From Nitriliruptoraceae bacterium (GTDB taxonomy: Bacteria; Actinomycetota; Nitriliruptoria; Nitriliruptorales; Nitriliruptoraceae), in the NCBI GenBank assembly GCA_003561535.1, contig PWWI01000002.1, positions 43 to 64,042 of the forward strand: DNA of 64,000 bases, given 5' to 3'. The notes below the pieces were generated by a model. That model had not been told where the DNA came from. It saw nothing but the letters and a program-made list of their open reading frames with translations, and searched no databases. Of this stretch, positions 41,142-49,640 are shown in pieces. Within the stretch, counting starts at the first letter, position 1. Each line of letters opens with the position of its first letter. The position numbers and the translations under genes are program-made.

Positions 41142-42013
41142 GTTCCGAGCGCGCCGCGTCAGCAGAGCCGGCGCGGCGCGCCGGTCCACGTCCCCCGGTC
41201 AAGGCGACGCTGAGCCCGCGGGAGCGGTACGCCCCGCTGGCGATCAGCGTGGTCTCGACCGCCCTGGTGTTCGGTCTCCTCTGGCGCGTCATCACCAGCT
41301 CGGAGAACTGGCCGCTGATCCAGCGCCAGTTCTTCGACGTCGACGCCATGCGGGCGTCCCTGCCCCAGGTGTTCTCCGGGTTCCTGGTGAACATGATGGT
41401 CTGGGTGATCGCGTTGGTCGTGATCGCGGTGCTCGGCATAGTCGTCGCCATCTTCAGGTCGCTGACCGGTCCCTGGGCAGCGCCGCTGCGGGTGTTCGCG
41501 GTCATCTACATCGACCTGCTGCGTGGGACCCCGTCGATCCTGCTCGTGCTGCTGTTCGGGCTCGGAGTCCCAGCCCTGCAGATCCCCGGCATGACGACCA
41601 GTCGGCTGTTCTGGGGGTCGGTGGCGCTGGTCCTCGGCTACACGGCCTACACCTCGGAGGTCTACCGCTCCGGGATCGAGGCCGTCCCCGACGGGCAGCG
41701 CGCCGCTGCGAAGGCGCTCGGTCTGACCCAGTGGCAGACCCTTCGGTTCTCGATCCTGCCGCAGGCGGTCCGCAACGTGATCCCGGCCCTGCTCAACCTC
41801 GCTGTCGCCCTGCAGAAGGACGTGGCGCTGCTGTCGGTGATCGGTGCCAGGGAGGCCGTCCGTGAGGCCCAGATCTTCACCGCCCGGACGTTCAACTTCT
41901 CGTCCTACATCGTGGCCACGGTCCTGTTCCTCCTGGCCACGATCCCGATGGCGCGCTTCACCGACTGGGTGACCAAGCGCGATCAGGAACGCCGTCTGCA
42001 GAGGACGCTGTGA
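41138..42013 (+). CDS. Amino-acid ABC transporter permease
   Basis: GTGA overlap. The EAA-like loop is EAVPDGQRAAAKALGLTQWQTLRFSILPQA. Confidence 0.88.
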   Translation: MSSERAASAEPARRAGPRPPVKATLSPRERYAPLAISVVSTALVFGLLWRVITSSENWPLIQRQFFDVDAMRASLPQVFSGFLVNMMVWVIALVVIAVLGIVVAIFRSLTGPWAAPLRVFAVIYIDLLRGTPSILLVLLFGLGVPALQIPGMTTSRLFWGSVALVLGYTAYTSEVYRSGIEAVPDGQRAAAKALGLTQWQTLRFSILPQAVRNVIPALLNLAVALQKDVALLSVIGAREAVREAQIFTARTFNFSSYIVATVLFLLATIPMARFTDWVTKRDQERRLQRTL

Positions 42014-42759
42014 GTACCCCACGCGTCGCGATCGACGACCTGACGAAGTACTACGGGCAGACGCTGGTGCTCGACGAGGTGTTCCTCGATGTCGACGAGC
42101 ACGAGGTCGTGTGCCTGATCGGTGCCTCGGGGTCGGGCAAGTCGACGTTGCTGCGCTGCATCAACCAGCTGGTGCCCTTCGACCACGGCGAGATCCGGAT
42201 CGACGGGGTCGCGATCGACGACCCGAGCTTCGGCAAGACGGGCCTGCGCAAGCGCATCGGCATCGTCTTCCAGGCCTACAACCTCTTCCCGCACCTCAAG
42301 GTCATCGACAACGTCACCCTGGCCCCGCGCAAGGTGCACGGGGTCACCAAGCCAGACGCGGAGGCGCGGGCCCACGAGCTGCTCGGGTTGCTCGGGATGG
42401 AGGAGTTCGCCCGCAAGTACCCCGAGCAGCTCTCCGGGGGACAGCAGCAGCGGGTCGCGATCGTGCGGGCACTGGCGACCAACCCCGATGTGCTGCTGCT
42501 CGACGAGATCACCGCCGCGCTCGACCCCGAGCTGATCGGTGGTGTGCTGGACGTGATCCGCGATCTCAAGGCCCAGGGCATGACGATGATGATCGTCACC
42601 CACGAGATGGGCTTCGCACGGGACGTGGCCGACCGCGTGTGCTTCCTCGAGGAGGGCCGGATCCTGGAGGAGTCACCGCCCCAGGAGCTGTTCTCGGATC
42701 CGCAGCACCCGTCGACGCGCCGGTTCCTCCAGCGCATCATCGAGGCTGGTCGGCTCTAG
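42010..42759 (+). CDS. Amino-acid ABC transporter ATP-binding protein (GlnQ-like)
   Basis: GASGSGKST, LSGGQQQRVAIVRAL, LLLDEITAALDPE and THEMGFA. Confidence 0.93.
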   Translation: MSTPRVAIDDLTKYYGQTLVLDEVFLDVDEHEVVCLIGASGSGKSTLLRCINQLVPFDHGEIRIDGVAIDDPSFGKTGLRKRIGIVFQAYNLFPHLKVIDNVTLAPRKVHGVTKPDAEARAHELLGLLGMEEFARKYPEQLSGGQQQRVAIVRALATNPDVLLLDEITAALDPELIGGVLDVIRDLKAQGMTMMIVTHEMGFARDVADRVCFLEEGRILEESPPQELFSDPQHPSTRRFLQRIIEAGRL

Positions 42760-43088
42760 CCGCGGCGCGACTACCAAGCGCCAGGCGTCGTGTCAACCGG
42801 TCGACCACCGGTACTCGGACAGGCTGTCCGCTCGGCCGGTCCAGCGGGGTCGCCATGGGATGGACGTGCGTCCACACTAGTTGGCAGCTTCCGCCTCACG
42901 GTGTCTGCGTCGAACGATGGGACCTGGGGCCTTCGCGGCGGCAACGGCCGTCACCACCGACGCGGTGGAGCATCACCGACCCCTTCCACGCGGTCACACC
43001 CGCAGGGTCGGTTCGTGACCGGATGTCACGACCGTGCCAGAAAGCTCCCGATCGGGCACGGCGGTGAGCGACGTCAGCGAGGACCGAC

Positions 43089-43997
43089 GTGCGACGAACT
43101 CTCGACCTGCTCCTGCCCTCCCGCCCAGAACAGCGACGAGGCCGGCTCCTGACCACCCTGACCATCGCCGTCGGCGCGGCCACGATCGCCGCGCCCTCCG
43201 CCGGCAACGGCGAACTCCCGGCTCGCAACGGCTCGGCGACCCTCTCCGGCGCACAGATCGCGCCAGGCGCGACCGTGACCGACCGGGACGTCCTGGTGTC
43301 CGCCACCGAGCGTGACACCCTCGCGTCTGCGACCGTCCGGGACGCCCTCGTGCCTGCCGCCGAGCGGGACGCCCTCGTGCCCGCGACCGAGCGGGACGCC
43401 GCCACCTCGCTGTTGCCGGCAGCCGATGCGGACCGGATCGGCGTGATCGAGTTGCTGGCCCAGCAGCGACCCCTGCCCAGTCTGGCGGGCGAGGCCGGGT
43501 CGGACGCGGAAGGCGACCCCGGTGACGACGCGGAAGGCGACGCTGATGGCGACGCTGATGCCGACGCTGATGCCGAGGTGGAGGCCGCCCCACTCGCCTA
43601 CACCGCCGCTGACGGCGAGGTGGTGACGCCGGAGCGCATCTTCGCCTTCCTCGATGGCCGGAACGCCCCGCTCGCCGCCCACGCCGAGACCTTCGTGGCC
43701 GCCGGCATCGCGCACGACGTGGACCCCCGGGTCGTGGTCGCGATCTCGATCGCCGAGTCGAACGGCGGGAAGATGAAGCCGGCCGGAACCCACAACGCGT
43801 GGGGCTGGGGTGGCAGCGGTGGCCCCAGCGGCCTGCGCGCCTGGGACTCCTGGGAGCGGTCGATCGACCATTACACGGAGCGACTCGGTGCGTTGTACGA
43901 CACCGACAACGTGGACTGGGAGTTCGCCAGCACCTACTGCCCCCCGAACACCCGGTGGTGGTTCGACACCGTGACCTGGGCGATCGGCCAGATCTGA
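43089..43997 (+). CDS. Secreted protein with C-terminal glucosaminidase-like (peptidoglycan hydrolase) domain
   Basis: The N-terminal TM/signal helix is LLTTLTIAVGAATIAAP. There are 27-bp (ERDALVPAT) repeats and an Asp/Ala/Gly-rich linker. AISIAESNGGKMKPAGTHNAWGWG resembles the PF01832-type motif. Confidence 0.6.
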   Translation: MRRTLDLLLPSRPEQRRGRLLTTLTIAVGAATIAAPSAGNGELPARNGSATLSGAQIAPGATVTDRDVLVSATERDTLASATVRDALVPAAERDALVPATERDAATSLLPAADADRIGVIELLAQQRPLPSLAGEAGSDAEGDPGDDAEGDADGDADADADAEVEAAPLAYTAADGEVVTPERIFAFLDGRNAPLAAHAETFVAAGIAHDVDPRVVVAISIAESNGGKMKPAGTHNAWGWGGSGGPSGLRAWDSWERSIDHYTERLGALYDTDNVDWEFASTYCPPNTRWWFDTVTWAIGQI

Positions 43998-44019
43998 CCC
44001 GCCCACTGTGCTCATGATC

Positions 44020-44053
44020 GCGGCCCGCCCTCGTCACTCGAGGGGCGGGCCGC
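44020..44053. terminator. 14-bp GC-rich stem hairpin (one bulge) 23 nt after the hydrolase stop
   Basis: gcggcccgccctcg-tcact-cgaggggcgggccgc. Confidence 0.5.
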
Positions 44054-44054
44054 G

Positions 44055-44530
44055 GTGATGAGGGTGGGCTGTCCGGCCGGGAGGTGTTGGATCGCAACGA
44101 TGTGACCGCTCAGTGGTCGATGTGTTGCGATCCGGGCGGCCGTGGGGCGGGGACGCGGGGGTGACGGCCGGGAGGTGTTGGATCGCAACGATGCGACCGC
44201 TCAGTGGTCGATGTGTTGCGATCCGGGCGGCTGTGGGGCGGGGACGCGGGGGTGACGGCCGGGAGGTGCTGGATCGCAACGATGCGACCGCTCAGTGGTC
44301 GATCTGTTGCGATCCGGGCGGCCGTGGGGCGGGGACGCGGGGGGTGACGACTGGGAGGTGTTGGATCGCAACGATGCGACCGCTCAGTGGTCGATGTGTT
44401 GCGATCCGGGCGGCTGTGGGGCGGGGACGCGGGCAGGGCGGCCGTGGGGCGGGGACGCGGGCAGGGCGGCCGTGGGGCGGGGACGCGGGCAGGGCGGCCG
44501 TGGGGCGGGGACGCGGGGGGCGCCTGCCCG
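44055..44530. repeat. Composite array: 91/92-bp unit x4 (hairpin module + G-rich module), then the 28-bp G-rich module x3 more
   Basis: ttggatcgcaacgatg recurs at 44087, 44178, 44269 and 44361. gggcggc(c/t)gtggggcggggacgcgggca recurs at 44408, 44436, 44464 and 44492. The array fills the convergent gap up to the pirin stop (44542). Confidence 0.92.
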
Positions 44531-44541
44531 GCCGGGCGGGA

Positions 44542-45531
44542 TCAGCTCCGCGTGACGTCCACGTTGCCGTGGTCGTGCAGGGCCGGGATCCGGCCGAGCC
44601 GGCCCGCCTGGAAGTCCTCGAAGGCCTGGACGACCTCCGCCTTGGTGTTCATCACGAAGGGTCCGTACCAGGCGACCTGCTCGCGGATGGGCTGCCCTCC
44701 GAGCAGCAGGACGTCCAGCTTCGGTGACCGCGACTCCTGGCTGTCCGCCGCCGTGACGACCACCTCGTCGCCTGATCCGAAGACGGCGAGCTGTCCCATC
44801 CGCAGCGCACGACGCTCTCGCCCGACGGTCCCGTGACCAGCCAGTGTGTAGGCCAGCGCGTTGAAGTCGGGCCGCCACGGCAACCGCAGCTCCGCGCCCG
44901 GCTCGAGCGTCGCGTGGATCAGGGTGATGGGGGTGTAGGTCGAGCCCGGCCCCTGGACGACCCCCGCGACATCGCCCGCGATGACCCGAAGCAGCGCGCC
45001 GCCGTCGTGGGAGGTCGCCAGCGCGACGTCGGAACCACGCAGATCCTGGTAGCGCGGCTCGCTCCACTTCTGCGCCTTCGGAAGGTTGACCCACAGCTGG
45101 AAACCGTGGAACAGCCCGCCCTTCATGACCACCTCCTCCGGCGGCGCTTCGATGTGCAGCAGGCCGGCGCCCGCGGTCATCCACTGGGTGTCACCATCGG
45201 TGATCGTGCCCCCGCCACCGTGGGAGTCCTGGTGGTCGAGCCGCCCGTCGAGCATGTAGGTGACGGTCTCGAACCCCCGATGCGGGTGCCAGGGCGTGCC
45301 CTTGGGCTCACCGGGCGCGTACTCGACCTCGCCCATCTGGTCGAGGTGGATGAAGGGGTCGAGGTCGGCGAGGTCGACGCCAGCGAACGCCCGGCGCACC
45401 GGGAAGCCCTCGCCTTCGAACCCGCGTGGTGCGGTGGTGACGGAGCGCACGGAGCGGGCCCGAGCCACGTCCCGGGGGGCGGGGGTGACCCGGGGCAGGG
45501 TCAGCAGGTCATCGACGGTGACGGCGGGCAT
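44542..45531 (-). CDS. Pirin family protein
   Basis: GFPVRRAF...PWHPHRGFETVTYMLDG. Bicupin length of 329 aa. Confidence 0.92.
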   Translation of the reverse strand: MPAVTVDDLLTLPRVTPAPRDVARARSVRSVTTAPRGFEGEGFPVRRAFAGVDLADLDPFIHLDQMGEVEYAPGEPKGTPWHPHRGFETVTYMLDGRLDHQDSHGGGGTITDGDTQWMTAGAGLLHIEAPPEEVVMKGGLFHGFQLWVNLPKAQKWSEPRYQDLRGSDVALATSHDGGALLRVIAGDVAGVVQGPGSTYTPITLIHATLEPGAELRLPWRPDFNALAYTLAGHGTVGRERRALRMGQLAVFGSGDEVVVTAADSQESRSPKLDVLLLGGQPIREQVAWYGPFVMNTKAEVVQAFEDFQAGRLGRIPALHDHGNVDVTRS

Positions 45532-45669
45532 GGTGACTCCTGTGCGGCACGGCGAGGTGGCAGCGGGTCTCCGCGCGGCCTCGATCGCCGAGGTGGTGAT
45601 GGGTCACGACCACCGCGGTGGAGGAGGTCGGCGACGTGGGGGGTGCGGTGGACCGAGCGTACCGCAAGT

Positions 45670-45685
45670 AGTTGCAGATGCAACT
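45670..45685. promoter_or_regulatory. 16-bp palindrome AGTTGCA-GA-TGCAACT (candidate operator) between the divergent pirin gene and a small membrane-protein gene
   Basis: Perfect 7-bp arms. It is relatively AT-rich for this sequence. It lies 139 nt upstream of the pirin start and 150 nt upstream of the 45835 start. Confidence 0.35.
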
Positions 45686-45834
45686 GCCATCGGGCAGGCC
45701 GATGTCGCGGTCGCGCCCGGTCACGGCCGCGCGGGCTGCGTGTGACGGGGTTCGAGCGGCTAGGCTCCCGTCCCCACCCGAGGGGATCCCGCCGCACGAT
45801 CCCGCTGCATCCGTCCGATCCGGAGGTGCCCGCG

Positions 45835-46185
45835 ATGCGTCGCCTTACCGCGCTGCTCGTCGCCGTGCTCGGCGCGCTGGCGCTGCTGCCCGGCCTGGCC
45901 CTGGCGGACGCTGCACCCGACGCACCGGGGCTCGACGCACCGGGGCTCGGCGCGGACCTCGCGATCCTGGCGGTCGACGACGCGCCTGCAGGGCCCGACC
46001 CCGCGCCGCGTGACGCGGAGGACAACCCCGCCCGTGACCTCGGCGACTACGGCGACCGCGAGATCCCGTTCACCTGGGGTGCGGCCTGGTTGCTGACGGC
46101 GATCGGCTTCATCGGACTCGTGCTGTTGCTGCTGATCTACCGCTTCCGCGTGGCGCCACCATCGAAGGATCGGGCGTCGACCTGA
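45835..46185 (+). CDS. Small secreted/membrane-anchored hypothetical protein
   Basis: GGAGG lies 8 nt before the ATG. Signal peptide LLVAVLGALALLPGLALA and C-terminal TM helix WLLTAIGFIGLVLLLLIY. Confidence 0.55.
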   Translation: MRRLTALLVAVLGALALLPGLALADAAPDAPGLDAPGLGADLAILAVDDAPAGPDPAPRDAEDNPARDLGDYGDREIPFTWGAAWLLTAIGFIGLVLLLLIYRFRVAPPSKDRAST

Positions 46186-46223
46186 GCCGCGAGCCCGCTG
46201 ACCGCGCCGACGGCGCACCCGGG

Positions 46224-47258
46224 GTGGACCCGGCCGCCCGTGGCTCGCTGATCGACCTGCGCGCCGCGCTGCGCACGGCCAGCCTGGTCGCGCCTGCCAA
46301 GCGTGCCGACCCCGCCCGGATCGCCGCGCTCCGGGCCGATGTCCACGCGGAACTGGCGGGGATCGACCAGGCGGCTCGTCGCTATACCGACCTCGGTCAC
46401 GACCTTCCGGCGACCACGGTCAGCGTGGTGGGCCGCACCGCGTGGGTCAGGACCAACCTGGAGGTCGTCGCTGGTGCTTTCGAGCCTCTCCGGGAGCGGC
46501 TCGAGCAGCGGCCGAAGGCCAGCCGGCGGGTGCTCGGCATCCAGCTGGGCGGGCTGCTGGGTCTGCTCTCGACCAAGGTGCTCGGCCAGTTCGTCCTGCC
46601 GCTGGCCGGAGCCGGGACCGGCCAGCTGCTGGTGGTGGGCCCGAACCTCCTCGACCTCGCAGACGACCACGGCCGGGTGGCTGGCGACATCCGCCGCACC
46701 GTGGTCCTGCACGAGGTGACGCACCGCCTGCAGTTCGACGCCAACCCCTGGCTCGGTGACCACCTGCGCGGGCTGGTCGAGCGGTACCTCCCCCACACCC
46801 GCATCGACGGCAACCAGCTCGCCGAGCTGCTGCCCCGGTTGCCCGACGCCATCTCCGCTGCCAAGGAGACGGGCGACCTCAAGCCCCTGCTGGAGACCGT
46901 CCTCACCGAGGAGCAGATCGAGGTGGTCGACGAGGCCCAGGGCCTGATGAGCCTGCTCGAAGGCCACGGCAACGCGACCATGTACGGGGCGACCGATGGC
47001 TTGATCGACGATCCCGACGGCGTGCGCGACGCGCTGGCCTCCCGCCACGGCGACGTGACCTCCAAGGTCCTCACCGCGGTCGCCGGCCTCGAGATGAAGC
47101 GCCGTCAGTACCGCGAGGGCGAGGTGTTCGTCCGCCACGTGCTGGACCAGGCCGGGACCGAGGGGCTGAACCGTGCCTTCGCCGCGCCGGAGTTCCTGCC
47201 GCGGGCCGCGGAGATCACCGACCCCGACGAGTGGCTCGCGCGGGTGAGCGGGCCGTGA
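46224..47258 (+). CDS. Zinc-dependent metalloprotease (DUF2342-like)
   Basis: VVLHEVTHRLQF (HExxH). It sits immediately upstream of tilS, as in other actinobacteria. Confidence 0.8.
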   Translation: MDPAARGSLIDLRAALRTASLVAPAKRADPARIAALRADVHAELAGIDQAARRYTDLGHDLPATTVSVVGRTAWVRTNLEVVAGAFEPLRERLEQRPKASRRVLGIQLGGLLGLLSTKVLGQFVLPLAGAGTGQLLVVGPNLLDLADDHGRVAGDIRRTVVLHEVTHRLQFDANPWLGDHLRGLVERYLPHTRIDGNQLAELLPRLPDAISAAKETGDLKPLLETVLTEEQIEVVDEAQGLMSLLEGHGNATMYGATDGLIDDPDGVRDALASRHGDVTSKVLTAVAGLEMKRRQYREGEVFVRHVLDQAGTEGLNRAFAAPEFLPRAAEITDPDEWLARVSGP

Positions 47259-48721
47259 GGGACGGCCCGGTCGCCGCCCTGCCGGCCGGTCAGTCCCGTC
47301 CGGCACTGGTCGCCGAGGTGGCCCACGCCCTCCGACACCTCGATGACGGCGCGGCCGTGGTGGTGGCGTGCTCCGGCGGCCCCGACTCCACCGCGCTGGC
47401 CTTCCTCGTCGCCGAGGCCCGTGACGACCTGCGCCTGACCCTCGTCCACGTCGCCCACGGGCTCAGGGACGCCGAGGTGGAGGATGCCGAGCGGCGCCTG
47501 GTGTTCCAGCACGGCGCGTGGCTCGGTGCGGGGTGCCGCAGCGAAGCGGTCCAGGTCCCGGCCGGAGCCGGGGGCCCCGAGGCCGCCGCCCGCACCGTGC
47601 GGTACGCCGCTCTGCACGCGGTCGCCGACACGGTCGGGGCGGTCGCGATCCTGCTCGGCCACACGGCCGACGACCAGGCGGAGACGGTCCTGCTGCGGGC
47701 GGCCCGGGGCACCGGCAACGATGGACTGGGTGGGATGCGCCCGAGCCAGGGACGGCTGCTGCGGCCGCTGCTCCGGCTGCGTCGCGCCGACGTGCACGGG
47801 TTCGTGGCGGGGGAGGGGATCCCCACGGCCCACGATGCCTCCAACGACGACCCCGCGGTGCGTCGCAGCGTGGTGCGTCACCGCGTCCTGCCGGCCCTGC
47901 GAGACGTGGCCCCGGACCCGGTCGGCGCGCTGACCCGGCTCGCGGTGCTCGCCCACGACGACGCCGACGCGCTGGATGCCGCGGCCCGGCCGGCCGTGCC
48001 CATGGCCACCCTCGGCCGGGTCACCGTCCTGCAGCGACCGGCGCTGCGACGCGCCCACCCGGCCCTGGCGCGGCGTCGGGTCCGCGACGCCCTGGCGCCG
48101 CACCTGGAGCAGCCACCCTCCTCCGACACCGTGGCGCGCGTGCTGGCCGCAGAGCCGGGGACCCGTTGCACCCTGCCGGGGGCGGTCCAGCTCGAGGTCA
48201 CCCGGGCCGTGCTCGTGTTCGCGCCCGTGGACGCGCCCCTGCCGCCACCTCGCCGTCTCGAGCTCCCGGGGCGCACGCCCTGGCCGGAGCTCGATGCCGC
48301 GATCGAGGTCCGGACCGCTGGCAGTGACCCCGACCACCGCGCTCACGAGGACCAGCTCCCCCTGGGGATCCCGGCGGTGTGGTCGCCGGTGCCGGTGCCC
48401 AGCGACCGTCTGCTGGTGCCGACCGGTGGGCGCCGGGACCGGGTGCAGATCGCCCTACCCGACCTCGTGGACGGCCTGCAGGCTCGCCCGCCGCAGCCGG
48501 GCGACCGGATCCGCACGATCGCGGGCACCCGCCGGGTCGCTGCGGTGCTGCGGGACGCCCACCTGCCGCGCACGCTCCGTGACCGCTGGCCCGTGGTGGT
48601 CACCGGTGAGCGGGTGGTGTGGCTGCCGGGGTTCGCGGTGGACGGCGCCCTGGCCGCCGATGGACGCAGGGATCCGAGGATCGCCCTCGCCCTGGTTCGC
48701 AACGGATCCACCGGCCCGTAG
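47255..48721 (+). CDS. tilS: tRNA(Ile)-lysidine synthetase
   Basis: VVVACSGGPDSTALAF (PP-loop). The C-terminal region is LRDAHLPRTLRDRWPVVVTGERVVWLPGFAVD. GTGA overlap start at 47255. Confidence 0.85.
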   Translation: MRDGPVAALPAGQSRPALVAEVAHALRHLDDGAAVVVACSGGPDSTALAFLVAEARDDLRLTLVHVAHGLRDAEVEDAERRLVFQHGAWLGAGCRSEAVQVPAGAGGPEAAARTVRYAALHAVADTVGAVAILLGHTADDQAETVLLRAARGTGNDGLGGMRPSQGRLLRPLLRLRRADVHGFVAGEGIPTAHDASNDDPAVRRSVVRHRVLPALRDVAPDPVGALTRLAVLAHDDADALDAAARPAVPMATLGRVTVLQRPALRRAHPALARRRVRDALAPHLEQPPSSDTVARVLAAEPGTRCTLPGAVQLEVTRAVLVFAPVDAPLPPPRRLELPGRTPWPELDAAIEVRTAGSDPDHRAHEDQLPLGIPAVWSPVPVPSDRLLVPTGGRRDRVQIALPDLVDGLQARPPQPGDRIRTIAGTRRVAAVLRDAHLPRTLRDRWPVVVTGERVVWLPGFAVDGALAADGRRDPRIALALVRNGSTGP

Positions 48722-48805
48722 CGCCGCCCCGACACCCGGCCGGCCCGTCGCGCCGCCCCGACACTCGGCCGGCCCGTCGCGCCGCCCCGGTGCCCGGCTG
48801 CTCTG
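48722..48805. repeat. 29-bp tandem repeat x~2.6 (gcgccgccccgacacccggccggcccgtc)
   Basis: Starts 1 nt after the tilS stop. Confidence 0.75.
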
Positions 48806-48899
48806 CCGCCCGGGTCGCCGGCGTGGTCGCGCGACTACGCTGCGCACCCCACCGCGGGTGCGGTGGCTCCAGGACTCCGCTGCGACGGGAACCGACATC

Positions 48900-49481
48900 A
48901 TGTCCGACGCGTCCCTCACCAACGCGCGTATCCCCGACGAGTACCGCCCCAACATCGAGGAGATCCTCATCCCGGCGGCGGACATCGCCGCGAAGCTCGA
49001 CGAGTTGGCCGCGCAGATCGACCGGGACTATGCAGGGCGAGAGCTGCTGCTGGTCGGCGTGCTGAAGGGCGCGATCTTCCTGGTCTCCGACCTGCACCGA
49101 CGTCTCGGCGTCCCGGCGGCCATGGACTTCATGGCGGTGTCCTCCTACGGCTCGGCGACGACCTCCTCGGGCGTGGGCCGCATCCTCAAGGACCTCGACA
49201 CGCAGATCGAGGGTCTGCACGTGCTGGTGGTCGAGGACATCGTCGACTCCGGCCTCACCCTCGACTACCTGTTGAAGAACCTCCGGTCCCGCAAGCCTGC
49301 CTCGGTGGAGGTCCTGTCCCTGCTGACCAACCCCTCCCGACGTGAGGTGGATCTGCCGATCCGCTACGTCGGCTTCGAGGTGCCGGACGTGTTCGTGGTG
49401 GGCTACGGCCTCGACTTCGCCGAGCACTACCGGGGCCTCAGTGACATCGTCACCTTGAAGCCCGAGGCCTACGGCGGCTGA
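48900..49481 (+). CDS. hpt: Hypoxanthine phosphoribosyltransferase
   Basis: LLLVGVLKGAIFLVSDL, VLVVEDIVDSGLTL (PRPP loop) and VVGYGLDFAEHYR. Confidence 0.93.
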   Translation: MSDASLTNARIPDEYRPNIEEILIPAADIAAKLDELAAQIDRDYAGRELLLVGVLKGAIFLVSDLHRRLGVPAAMDFMAVSSYGSATTSSGVGRILKDLDTQIEGLHVLVVEDIVDSGLTLDYLLKNLRSRKPASVEVLSLLTNPSRREVDLPIRYVGFEVPDVFVVGYGLDFAEHYRGLSDIVTLKPEAYGG

Positions 49482-49640
49482 CCCTGCTGGCACAGGGGTG
49501 CGCCCACCGTGCGTGCGCAGGAGGAAACGCCCAGGGGAGCAGCCCTCGACCACTGGTAGCATCGTACCCTTGCCAAGGGTGCCTCCCACGTGTCGTCACA
49601 CCCCCGACGACCGCCCGCATCGGCCCCCAGAGGTGGTTCT

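Noticed and set aside
42760-43088. c-di-AMP (ydaO-type) riboswitch upstream of the peptidoglycan hydrolase-like gene
   Set aside because: By eye I could not find the paired conserved cores (GGGGA..CCCA / GGGGUGAAUC / CCGA..CAGCU-ACCUCG). This needs an Infernal scan before any claim.
44055-44530. Possible CRISPR array, considered here and at the other tandem arrays (e.g. 21160-21292, 32873-33004)
   Set aside because: The units are directly adjacent or the whole period is repeated. There are no unique spacers between conserved repeats, and no cas genes are in the window.
44113-44727. Track ORFs running through the 91-bp array (44113-44727 +, 44295-44555 +, 44387-44836 +, 44384-45184 -)
   Set aside because: The 91/92-bp period is not a multiple of 3, so each unit is read in a different frame. 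The 'proteins' are Gly/Arg low-complexity translations of G-rich DNA.
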